A DNA stretch of 22,878 bases from Nitrospirota bacterium (GTDB lineage Bacteria; Nitrospirota; Thermodesulfovibrionia; Thermodesulfovibrionales; Dissulfurispiraceae), in contig JBFLWF010000033.1 of the NCBI GenBank assembly GCA_040758355.1, forward strand, positions 1 through 22,878, given 5' to 3'. The first letter of the stretch is position 1. Each line of letters starts with the position of its first letter. Positions 8,730 through 16,988 of this stretch are shown here, piece by piece. The position numbers and the translations under genes are program-made. The notes under the pieces are model-generated. The model ran no database searches. It had not been told where the DNA came from and saw only the letters and a list, made by a program, of their open reading frames with translations.

Positions 8730-9128
8730 TTACTCCTTCTCTTTTTCGATCTCCTTTATTCTCTTTTCCACCTCTTTTATTTCTTTCTCAAGCCTCTTTT
8801 TGTATTCCAATAAAGCCTCTCTCGTCTCCGAGATTTTTTTTCTTCTTCTACCGAGTTCACAACCGCAAGTGCAGACCTTTATCAGTTCCTGCTGGTATTT
8901 ATTCAATTTATCCTTATTTAATGAATAGTAGATGTGATAGCCCTTTCTTTCATCTGCAACCAACCCTGCCTGTTTCAGCACGCGAAGGTGCTGCGATACT
9001 GCAGATTGGCTGATGCCTAATGCCTCAGCCATCGTATTCACAGAAAGAGGCCCTGCCTTGAGCAGCTCAATAATTTTTACTCTGCTTTCTACAGAAATAA
9101 CCTTGAAAGACTCTGCCTCAAGCTTCAT
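8730..9128 (-). CDS. ArsR/SmtB-family metalloregulator with C-terminal CTCGC motif and coiled-coil tail
   Basis: FKVIS..SRVKIIELL, SQSAVSQHLRVLKQAGLV..ERKG..IYYSL; SD AAGGAG. Confidence 0.92.
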   Translation of the reverse strand: MKLEAESFKVISVESRVKIIELLKAGPLSVNTMAEALGISQSAVSQHLRVLKQAGLVADERKGYHIYYSLNKDKLNKYQQELIKVCTCGCELGRRRKKISETREALLEYKKRLEKEIKEVEKRIKEIEKEKE

Positions 9129-9144
9129 TCTTACTCCTTAAGTA

Positions 9145-9185
9145 TATTATAATTTACTTATACACTTTTAAAAACAAAATGTCAA
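9145..9185 (-). promoter_or_regulatory. arsR promoter with overlapping imperfect palindrome (putative ArsR operator)
   Basis: TTGACA(9185-9180)-17 nt-TATAAG(9162-9157). TATTATAATTTACTTATACA (9145-9164) matches TATTAGTATATACTTATATA (8695-8714) at 16 of 20 positions. Confidence 0.6.
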
Positions 9186-9266
9186 GAGATTTTTTAGGCG
9201 GCGGCGTTTCACGCCGTTAATCAACAACTACATATGCTATAATTCTAAAAAAGGAAGGCAAAACCT

Positions 9267-9638
9267 ATGGACTCGGTCGAGAAACTAAAAAATTTTCTGG
9301 ACAACGATCCCAATGTCATTTTTGCCCTTATTTTCGGCTCCGGCGCCACAGGGAAGCAGAAAAGAGGCAGCGACATCGATATAGGCATCTATTTTGTTAA
9401 ACCTCCAGAGGGGTTAGATTTGCTCGATCTCATAAATGTATTATCAGAGTTAACAGGCAGAGAAGTCGATGTTGTGGCATTGAACAATGCTTCTGCTCTG
9501 CTAAGACACCAGGTTATGAAGAACAGGGTTGCGCTCACAATTAAGGATATGGTGATTTACAGGAAATTCAGAGAAAAGACCATCTCTGATTATGATGAAT
9601 ACAAATATGTAGCGGGAATGAATGTTTATGATAGATAA
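9267..9638 (+). CDS. mntA: Minimal nucleotidyltransferase, MntA-type antitoxin (type VII TA)
   Basis: ALIFGS.ATG....SDIDIGI...EVDVVALN motif; overlaps the HEPN gene. Confidence 0.88.
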   Translation: MDSVEKLKNFLDNDPNVIFALIFGSGATGKQKRGSDIDIGIYFVKPPEGLDLLDLINVLSELTGREVDVVALNNASALLRHQVMKNRVALTIKDMVIYRKFREKTISDYDEYKYVAGMNVYDR

Positions 9639-10053
9639 GCCATTAGTTGAAAAGAAATTGCGACGAATTGAAGAGTTTCTGCGTGAGCTAAGAGACGTAG
9701 AAATAGGCACAATTGAAGAATTCAAAGAAAATATTATTACCAAAAGGTTTATCGAGAGGAATATCGAGCTCGCCATTGAGCAAATGATCGATGTCTGCAA
9801 GCATCTTGTCAGCGGATTGGATTTGAGCGAACCTGAAACATATTCAGAATGTTTTGACATACTTGCAGAGAAAGGCATCATTGTGAAAGAAAGTGTCGAT
9901 ACTTTCAAGTCAATGGTGAGATTCAGAAATATTCTTATTCACGCATATGAAGGTGTGGATGATTCCATTACCTATGGAGTTTATAAGCGGCGGCTCGAAG
10001 ACTTTAGAGCTTTTGTTAGAGAGGTAAGAGACTATTTGATTAAAGAAAAATAA
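9628..10053 (+). CDS. hepT: HEPN/DUF86 RNase toxin, HepT-type
   Basis: The Rx4HxY motif is present as FRNILIHAY. Confidence 0.9.
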   Translation: MIDKPLVEKKLRRIEEFLRELRDVEIGTIEEFKENIITKRFIERNIELAIEQMIDVCKHLVSGLDLSEPETYSECFDILAEKGIIVKESVDTFKSMVRFRNILIHAYEGVDDSITYGVYKRRLEDFRAFVREVRDYLIKEK

Positions 10054-10154
10054 ATGGACAGCCTCTTCCATCGATCATTTCTTTGTCTTTAACAACTCCG
10101 GCATCTTTGAATAATCAGTAATCCCAAGCCTATTGTCGCCTATTGTCACTTTAA

Positions 10155-10460
10155 TCAGCAGCAATTGCTGGATGCCGATTGAGATGGAGACCCTCCGCAG
10201 TCGCATGATGGCGGACCGCCCGTTATCATGCTGTTGATTATTGCCGCAGCGCAGCCCACTCCTGAATTCACGCTGATCGCACCGAATTCGCAGTTCAAGG
10301 CGCATGCGCCGCACTCCATGCAGAGGTCTTTATCCGTAATTGAGGCTTTTTTATTGTTCATGATAAACACACCGTGAGGGCAGACATCGATGCACTTTCC
10401 GCAGCCTGTGCATTTTTCAGGAGATAACTGTAGACTCGTTACATTCGTCAGGTATTTCAT
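10155..10460 (-). CDS. hgcB: Mercury methylation ferredoxin HgcB
   Basis: Two 4Fe-4S motifs (CTGCGKCIDVCP; CMECGACALNC), GVGCAAA, and C-terminal vicinal CC. ATGA overlap with hgcA. Confidence 0.96.
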   Translation of the reverse strand: MKYLTNVTSLQLSPEKCTGCGKCIDVCPHGVFIMNNKKASITDKDLCMECGACALNCEFGAISVNSGVGCAAAIINSMITGGPPSCDCGGSPSQSASSNCC

Positions 10461-11509
10461 AAAACCTTCCACTGATAAAGCTTGTGAACTAATAATAGTA
10501 TAACCGAAACAGCCGTAAATACTAAATATATTGGCAAACCTACTTTTAATTCCTTCCTGACACCTGACATGCTGGTAAAGGTAGTAGAGCCTGTGAATTG
10601 AAGCGCAATATAAGAGCTTGCAAGCGGAAAGAAAATGTAGGACGATACAGCAGGTAGAATGTCCAGACTCATCGTCTTTATTATGGCAGATGTGAATATC
10701 ATCCCTGCTATCCAGCCCTTCACAGCAAATGAGCGGAATGGGATAAAGGGAAGCAACACTGGAGTTATAAATGCACCACTGAGTATGCTTATCAATCCGA
10801 GCAACAAAAACGGCATGCCTCCTGACAGGGCATCTTTGAATAAAATGCCTGACGGTTGAAGACCAAAAAGCAGCAGAACAATCAGGGCAAAAAGCGGAAA
10901 TCTTTTCATGGCAGGATTAATCTCCATCGGAGTAAGAATAAGCCTGTCGAGCATCGTGAATTTTACAAGCCGCATTTCATCGCTCTTTTTATAACCCGCT
11001 TTTACATATTCAGGGATATCCTTTGCGTAAACAGGCCCAAAATAAACCCTGAAATCGGTTTGTTTCTGAACTGCCCTTGCATTTACGCCCACTGCCCCCA
11101 GTTGCGGGACTATTATTTTTCTGTGATTGACAACTTTGTGCAATTGGACTGCATTAATGCGTCCCACAAGTTCATCCGTGCCGAATGTCCCCTTTCCGGC
11201 AGCACACCAGACATTGATGCTTTTCGTATCGAGCACCAGTATCCATGCATTTAAGCCCTTTAATTCTTTTCTGAGTATGTCGAAACTGAGCTTATAATTT
11301 GCAGTGACAAAAACATCCGACTTGGCGTCCGGCTCGCCGAGGGCATAGAGTCCAGGTTCGACGGAATAGCGCATACGGAAATTACTGATGCGCGACCGGA
11401 TCGCTCCGATGTAGTCGTCCCTTGTCCAGTCCGATGTTGTCCTACGTACAGCAGGTTTTTGCGCTCCTGACGGTCAGCAAGAAATGGGAATATTAAGTGT
11501 ATTAGCCAT
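10457..11509 (-). CDS. hgcA: Mercury methylation corrinoid protein HgcA, 350 aa, with probable selenocysteine at codon 12
   Basis: Cap-helix NVWCAAGKG, TANYKLSFD, C-terminal TM domain with FTGSTTFTS.SGV. The frame extends from 11374 to ATG 11509 through a single TGA (11476-11474). Confidence 0.95.
11441..11476 (-). promoter_or_regulatory. UGA codon plus bacterial SECIS-like hairpin
   Basis: UGA, 18 nt, then stem CCUGC / loop UGUAC / GUAGG (11455-11441). G is the second loop base. Confidence 0.65.
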
Positions 11510-11625
11510 ATTTAATTTTAATATATCATGGCCTTTTTATTACAGTCTTGATTTTTTGCCAAATGGACAGACCTTTATACAAACTCCGCAGATGAGCGCA
11601 CCAGTGGCTATGATATAATTCTCCT

Positions 11626-12744
11626 ATGGACACCATCGAAAAACTAAAAATACTCTCAGATGACTCGCAGTACGACCTTGCGTGTGCATGCGGCACGAAC
11701 AAGGACGACCGCAGAAGGAGAGGGCTGGATGGAAAGTGGCTCTATCCCGTTACCCTTCCCAGAGGCGGATATTCAATACTTCTAAAAACACTTCTCTCCA
11801 ACGCATGTTCAAATGACTGCAAATACTGTCCTCTGCGCTCAGAGACAAATGTTCTGCGATGCACTCTCCAACCAGAGGAGGTGGCAAATATATTCATGGA
11901 ATATGTGAGGAGAAAAAAAGTTTTTGGTCTGTTTTTGAGTTCAGGTGTTATCGGCAATCCCGATTACACAATGGACAGGATAAACGCCGTTGCCCGCATA
12001 CTCAGATACAAACACAACTACAAAGGCTATATCCACTTGAAAGTAATTCCGGGTGTCTCTGACGCAGCCATAGAAGATTCCATTTCGCTGGCGAGTGCTG
12101 TTTCCCTCAATATCGAGACCCCGGGCAAGAAACGTTTCGATGTCCTTTCCAATAGAAAGGATTATATGAACGACATCATCCGTCACTGAAGCTGATGTCA
12201 AAGCTTACAGGTCAGGGCATGAGACATTCGAGGGTCAAATGCACAACGCAGTTTATTGTTGGAGCTTCGGATGAGACAGACTCGGAGATAATACAATATA
12301 TGTTCAATTTGTATAATCGCTTAAAATTCCAGCGAGTCTATTTTTCTGCCTATCAGAAAGGGCTCGGACATCCTGATATTCCGGGAGAGATGAGAGTGCT
12401 GTCCGGTCCAGATAGTATGTTCATGCGTGAACATCGTTTGTATCAGGTGGATTTTCTTGTCCGGAGATACGGTTTTTCGCAGGATGATATTCCCATAGAC
12501 ACATCCGGTAATCTGAGGCTTGATAAAGACCCGAAAGAGATGTGGGCAGAAAGCCATCCAGAATTTTATCCTGTCAGGATCAATACATCTGATAGAGAGG
12601 CATTGCTCAGGATTCCGGGAATTGGGCCAAAGACTTGGAATGATCCTGAAAATGAGGCGCGAAAAAAGAATCACCCGCCTTGAAGATTTAGGCATTAAAG
12701 GCAGGAGGCTCGAAAAGGCAAAACAGTATTTGATTTTTGAGTGA
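11626..12744 (+). pseudogene. Putative DNA modification/repair radical SAM protein (TIGR03916-like) with two frameshifts
   Basis: YDLACAC, LLKTLLSNACSNDCKYC, GLFLSSGV, YIHLK, TQFIVGA, REHRLYQVDFL, and HhH LLRIPGIGPK. Pieces are 11626-12189, 12195-12683 and about 12636-12744. Confidence 0.85.
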
Positions 12745-12771
12745 GATGAAAATCAGACTCCAAATGCCTGC

Positions 12772-13152
12772 CTATCGTTCTTCACGGGAAGGTATGCTCA
12801 AACCGGCAAGACAGTTAAGGACTGTGCTGACAATGCTCACAAGCAGGGCGCCTTTAAAGGCAGGCCAGAAGCCGCTTATATGAAATCCGAGATTCAGGGA
12901 GTCTGAAAGGTAAGCAGTGAGGCCGAGCATCAGGGCGTTGATAACGAGAGTAAAGAGGCCGAGTGTCAGGATGATGAAAGGAAAGGTGAATAGCTTGGCA
13001 ACGGGTTTTATGAAGGAGTTTACAAGCCCGAAGATGGCGCCGACGATGATCATCTTCCACCACTCGCCGGTAAAGGTTATGCCGTTAATGACCTTTACGG
13101 CTATTCCTATGGAAAGGGCATTGATCATTATCTTCAAAAGCAAATAGGCCAT
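12772..13152 (-). CDS. YvlD-like 4-TM membrane protein (phage holin family 4_2)
   Basis: GLVNSFIKP...TFPFIILTLGLFTLVINALML...ISGFWPAFKGALLVSIVS. Confidence 0.88.
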   Translation of the reverse strand: MAYLLLKIMINALSIGIAVKVINGITFTGEWWKMIIVGAIFGLVNSFIKPVAKLFTFPFIILTLGLFTLVINALMLGLTAYLSDSLNLGFHISGFWPAFKGALLVSIVSTVLNCLAGLSIPSREER

Positions 13153-13184
13153 AGATAGTTTATGATACCACAAAAGTGCTGCCC

Positions 13185-14780
13185 TTAAAACAGGCCAGCC
13201 TGCTGTTCCTTTTTTGCTTTTCTCGGCCTGTCGGGAATGGTCGTGCTTTTCATTAATTCTTTAGGTATCTCTTTCAGGAACGGTGATGGCGATTGATTTA
13301 ATCTCTGCCCGTATAGAAACCTGTTTCTTGCATGAATGAGAAAAAGCTCATCCTTTGCCCGTGTCATGCCCACATAGAACAGTCTTCTCTCTTCTTCGAT
13401 ATCGATATTGTCTTTGTTAAGAGTATATGGAACTAAGCCATCCTCAGCTCCTGCTATGAATACTACATTGAACTCAAGCCCCTTTGCCATGTGCAGGGTC
13501 ATCAAAGTAACAGCATTTGCCTTTGGATCGAATAAATCATCTTCCATAAGCAGAGTTTCTTCTAATGATGTGCTCTGTTCTCTCCCTGCTTCATACGAAG
13601 GATTAATAATGCTTTTCATATACGAAATTGTATCCTCTATTTCTTTCCTCTGCCGCAGATTTTTTCTGCCTATAACCTGATAGGGGATGCCTGATTCCAT
13701 AAAAACTTCTTCAATGGCCTTTGCCTGCGCGTTCGTCCTGAATATAACCGCAAAGTCAGAAAAGCTGTAAGAGTCCGCAGTGGGGACAACGTCCTTGCGA
13801 AATCCACCTGCATATAACTTATAATGGCTTGTGCAGCCTATCCGAGCCTCTATCTCCTTAACGATGAACTCACCTTCAGCCTTTTCATCAGGGACAGATA
13901 CCATGTTTATCGGACTGCCTAAATCTTTTGCAGGGAGGAGTTTCTTGTCTATTCTTTTTAGATTATTTTTTATCATGCTATCTGATGCGTTAAGTATAGT
14001 CCCTGTTGAGCGGTAGTTTTCTGTAAGGTTGATCCTTTGAGCATCAGTAAAATCTTTTTCAAAATTTAGGAAGTTTTCAATATCCGCTCCCCTGAATGCA
14101 TATATTGCCTGATCCGAATCTCCTACGACGCAGACATTGGCATCATTTCCCGCCAAAAGTTTCAATAATATGTATTGTGCGCAGTTAATATCCTGATATT
14201 CATCAACAATGATATGCATGAAACGCTTTCTATACTTATTCAACAATGAACTATCGTCAAACATTTCTATAGGCTTTAAGATGAGGTCGTCAAAATCCAG
14301 CGCGGATTTGTTTGAAAGGGCTGACTGATATGCTTTATAAATGTCGCTCATTCCTTTGTCTGCGTCTTCAAGAAAGTTTTTAATTCTTGATATTCTTTCA
14401 GCAGCCTCCTGCGCCTTTGTTTTTGTCCCTTTCAGGATTTCTTTAAGGATATTTCTCTGTTCATCTCTATTGCATATTACAAAATCATCCTGCATGGATT
14501 GCCGCACTATTTTAAGGCCGAGGAGATGAAATGTTCCGATAAAAGCGTTATCAGCCTTAGAGCCTAAAAACGCATTGGCTCTCTCCTTCATCTCCCTTGC
14601 AGCTCGGTTAGTAAATGTTACGGCCAAAATATTCTCAGGGTTTACGCCTTGATTGACGAGATATGCAATCCTGCAGGCAATTGTTAATGTCTTGCCTGTG
14701 CCGGGGCCTGCGACAATAAGGACATGGCCTTCATCAGCCATAACAGCCTGTTTCTGAGATTCGTTGAGTCCGTCAAGCAT
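13185..14780 (-). CDS. Compact UvrD/Rep/PcrA-like SF1A helicase apparently lacking subdomain 2B
   Basis: AGPGTGKT, VDEYQD, VGDSDQAIYAFRGA, NYRS, TLHMAKGLEF and EERRLFYVGMTRA; ends in QAGLF. Start taken at MLDGLNESQ. Confidence 0.9.
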   Translation of the reverse strand: MLDGLNESQKQAVMADEGHVLIVAGPGTGKTLTIACRIAYLVNQGVNPENILAVTFTNRAAREMKERANAFLGSKADNAFIGTFHLLGLKIVRQSMQDDFVICNRDEQRNILKEILKGTKTKAQEAAERISRIKNFLEDADKGMSDIYKAYQSALSNKSALDFDDLILKPIEMFDDSSLLNKYRKRFMHIIVDEYQDINCAQYILLKLLAGNDANVCVVGDSDQAIYAFRGADIENFLNFEKDFTDAQRINLTENYRSTGTILNASDSMIKNNLKRIDKKLLPAKDLGSPINMVSVPDEKAEGEFIVKEIEARIGCTSHYKLYAGGFRKDVVPTADSYSFSDFAVIFRTNAQAKAIEEVFMESGIPYQVIGRKNLRQRKEIEDTISYMKSIINPSYEAGREQSTSLEETLLMEDDLFDPKANAVTLMTLHMAKGLEFNVVFIAGAEDGLVPYTLNKDNIDIEEERRLFYVGMTRAKDELFLIHARNRFLYGQRLNQSPSPFLKEIPKELMKSTTIPDRPRKAKKEQQAGLF

Positions 14781-14874
14781 GTGTGATAAAGACATTTTTA
14801 TCCGTCTCTTCCATTATATGAAGTGCGTGGAGAAATTGTGGATTGAAGTCAAGGGACTTATCAGCCGATTTCAT
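14773..14874 (-). pseudogene. 33-codon relic of a second Pif1-like helicase gene
   Basis: Translates as MKSADKSLDFNPQFLHALHIMEETDKNVFITHA*. 14783-14856 matches 18775-18848 at 65 of 74 nt. Confidence 0.85.
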
Positions 14875-15021
14875 TTGTTAATTTTATCATATGTTCTAAA
14901 TTTGGCGGAAATAATTATGAGAAGGCAATATGCCATTGATTTTCCCTTTGAAAATCTTACCAGATATGCTATATTTTAGCATGAACCGGGAAGCTAAAAA
15001 TTTAATAATAAAACGCTAACA

Positions 15022-15282
15022 ATGCTGGAGATTTGCAGATTTTTTGGAATTGTCATTAGAATGTTCTTTGATGAGCATGACCCGCCGCATTTCCATGCTG
15101 AGTACCAGGGTAGTAAGGCGGTTTTTGATTTCAGCGGCAATATGATAAAGGGAAGCTTAAATTCAAAAACGGCAACAAAGCTTGTAAGAGAATGGATAGA
15201 TCTTCGTCTCTCTGAACTTGAAGAGGATTGGGCATTAGCAAAGGCAGGCAAGGAGATAAAGAAGATAGCTCCATTATCATGA
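15022..15282 (+). CDS. DUF4160-domain protein (TA-like pair with DUF2442)
   Basis: ICRFFGIVIRMFFDEHDPPHFHAEY...LVREW...EL..DW signature. Confidence 0.88.
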   Translation: MLEICRFFGIVIRMFFDEHDPPHFHAEYQGSKAVFDFSGNMIKGSLNSKTATKLVREWIDLRLSELEEDWALAKAGKEIKKIAPLS

Positions 15283-15290
15283 GGTGAATT

Positions 15291-15560
15291 ATGTGGAATA
15301 TGAATGATGTAACGGAGATCGAATACAAGGGAAAGTATATCTATCGCATTGTTTTTGATGACGGCACGAGCGGCGATGTTGACTTTTCGGAATATCTCAG
15401 TAAAGGCCCTGTTTTTGAGCCGCTGCGGGATTTAGATTTCTTTAAACGGGCATTCATTGACGGCGGAACTATTGTATGGCCGAATGGAGCCGATATAGCG
15501 CCTGAGACATTATATGAGAAGATAAAATGCGAACAGGCCGCTTCTCATGCTGCTGTTTAA
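15291..15560 (+). CDS. DUF2442-domain protein
   Basis: FDDG..G.VD...GPVFEPLRD...[24 protein letters not shown]. Confidence 0.88.
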   Translation: MWNMNDVTEIEYKGKYIYRIVFDDGTSGDVDFSEYLSKGPVFEPLRDLDFFKRAFIDGGTIVWPNGADIAPETLYEKIKCEQAASHAAV

Positions 15561-15574
15561 CTATAACTAAAATC

Positions 15575-15943
15575 ATGAACCAGTTCGAAAAGGAAAATAT
15601 TAAACACCCCCAATTTATTGAGGGCGATTTAGCTTTTTATAACGGGATTGAACTTTCTGATAATCCATATGCGGTGGATACCGAGTTTTTTTCTGAATGG
15701 GAATCTGGCTGGAAAGCAGCATCTCAAACACGGAAGATATTTGAAGAGAAGAACAAGACTACGAAGGCATCGTCACAATTTGGAAGTAAACTCTCCGATA
15801 TTGTTTATGAAGTAATGGGGGGAGTGGGAAGCTTGCTGCTTGGACTGCTTGGATTATCGCTTGTAGCAGGCATACTTTACGCACTTTATTGGTTCGGCAA
15901 GGCAATTCTTGGGTTTGTAAAATACTACTCTCAATTCGCATAA
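15575..15943 (+). CDS. Hypothetical protein with Rmf/CrpP-like N-terminal motif and C-terminal TM segment
   Basis: EGDLAFYNG....NPY......EWESGW followed by a long hydrophobic stretch. Confidence 0.6.
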   Translation: MNQFEKENIKHPQFIEGDLAFYNGIELSDNPYAVDTEFFSEWESGWKAASQTRKIFEEKNKTTKASSQFGSKLSDIVYEVMGGVGSLLLGLLGLSLVAGILYALYWFGKAILGFVKYYSQFA

Positions 15944-15966
15944 ATACCTTACCGCCTCTCGCAGGG

Positions 15967-15982
15967 CGGACACGGCATAAAC
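15967..15982 (+). repeat. 16-bp direct repeat, copy 1 (attC-like relic)
   Basis: CGGACACGGCATAAAC is identical to 16672-16687; both copies are intergenic and followed by (AC)GCC. Confidence 0.7.
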
Positions 15983-16042
15983 ACGCCAAGATGACTTCAG
16001 GTATTTAGGAATGCAGTATACTTAATTAAGGCTGGAGGTAAC

Positions 16043-16558
16043 ATGACCAAAGACGGAATGCAAAAATACTTACGGCATGTAATGTCTTATTATGGCACTT
16101 ACCACAACCACAAAGAGACAAGTGCTTGGGCTGCTGTTTTTATTTTCGTTTTTATTTCGCTCCAGTTTCTATCTGTTGGCAGAGAGATTATTTTTGAAGC
16201 TTGTTGGTTTAAGATTTTCTGCACATTTATGCTTGTTATGATTATGATAGCAGTTATCTTATTCATACATGAACAACTGGCTCTAAAGAAACTGTCCTCT
16301 AATGTTATTGCTGCCTGTCTGTTGCTGGAAACAGAAATCTTAAAAGAATCAGAGGAGGATTTCAGCAAAAGAAGTTTCAAAATAGAACCCCGAGGTTGTG
16401 GCAAACACCAATTGGATCATGTTCTGCCAGAATTCATCATGACTAAAACAGATTGTGTGCATGGTGGAGAACCTGGGATCACTCTGGATAAAATTAAGTA
16501 CCTTCTTATAATAATAGTCTATGGTCTATTTGTGGTAAGAATATGGTGGCCAAATTAA
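16043..16558 (+). CDS. Hypothetical membrane protein (about 3 TM segments)
   Basis: 171-aa ORF with SD GGAGGT and three hydrophobic segments. Confidence 0.7.
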   Translation: MTKDGMQKYLRHVMSYYGTYHNHKETSAWAAVFIFVFISLQFLSVGREIIFEACWFKIFCTFMLVMIMIAVILFIHEQLALKKLSSNVIAACLLLETEILKESEEDFSKRSFKIEPRGCGKHQLDHVLPEFIMTKTDCVHGGEPGITLDKIKYLLIIIVYGLFVVRIWWPN

Positions 16559-16671
16559 ATTTGATATTCCCCGCAGTTTACTGATGTAGCTCTATATTGT
16601 ACCTTGAAAGAATAGAAAGAATAAAGAGGGACAGCGACCGTTAAAAGGAATGACAAAAATATTTAATCACT

Positions 16672-16687
16672 CGGACACGGCATAAAC
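16672..16687 (+). repeat. 16-bp direct repeat, copy 2 (attC-like relic)
   Basis: Context ATCACTCGGACACGGCATAAACGCC. Confidence 0.7.
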
Positions 16688-16769
16688 GCCTGAACCTCTG
16701 AACTTCACACGGTTTACAAAATTACCGATAATTGTAATAATAAAGTTAGACCATTAAGGAGGTTGTAAA

Positions 16770-16988
16770 ATGCCGACAGACACAAAGCAGATATTAAAAG
16801 AGGCACTGGAATTGCCTGCTATTGAAAGGGCAAGTCTTGCGGATCATCTATTGTCCAGCCTTGATCAGCCTGATGAACACATAGACGCCCTCTGGCGCAA
16901 AGAAGTTGAGGACAGAATCAGTGCCTATCATTCGGGTAAAATAAAAGCAGTCTCGCTTGAAGAAGTCCTATCGAAATACAAGAAATAA
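16770..16988 (+). CDS. Addiction-module antitoxin (TIGR02574-like)
   Basis: ALELP..ERA.LA..LL.SLD...IDALW..EVE.R...G; SD AAGGAGG. Confidence 0.88.
   Translation: MPTDTKQILKEALELPAIERASLADHLLSSLDQPDEHIDALWRKEVEDRISAYHSGKIKAVSLEEVLSKYKK

Noticed and set aside
10075..10314. 79-aa minus-strand ORF overlapping hgcB, and a GCCTATTGTC x2 repeat
   Set aside because: The ORF is an alternative frame of hgcB with no SD, and the two-unit repeat is uninformative.
12187..12189. TGA in the radical SAM gene as a second selenocysteine
   Set aside because: Downstream homology continues in a different frame, so this is a frameshift, not read-through.
12772..13152. Holin as evidence of a prophage
   Set aside because: YvlD-type proteins are common chromosomal membrane proteins, and no endolysin or structural genes are nearby.
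15960..16690. CRISPR array
   Set aside because: Only two 16-bp copies, about 700 bp apart, with a gene between them.
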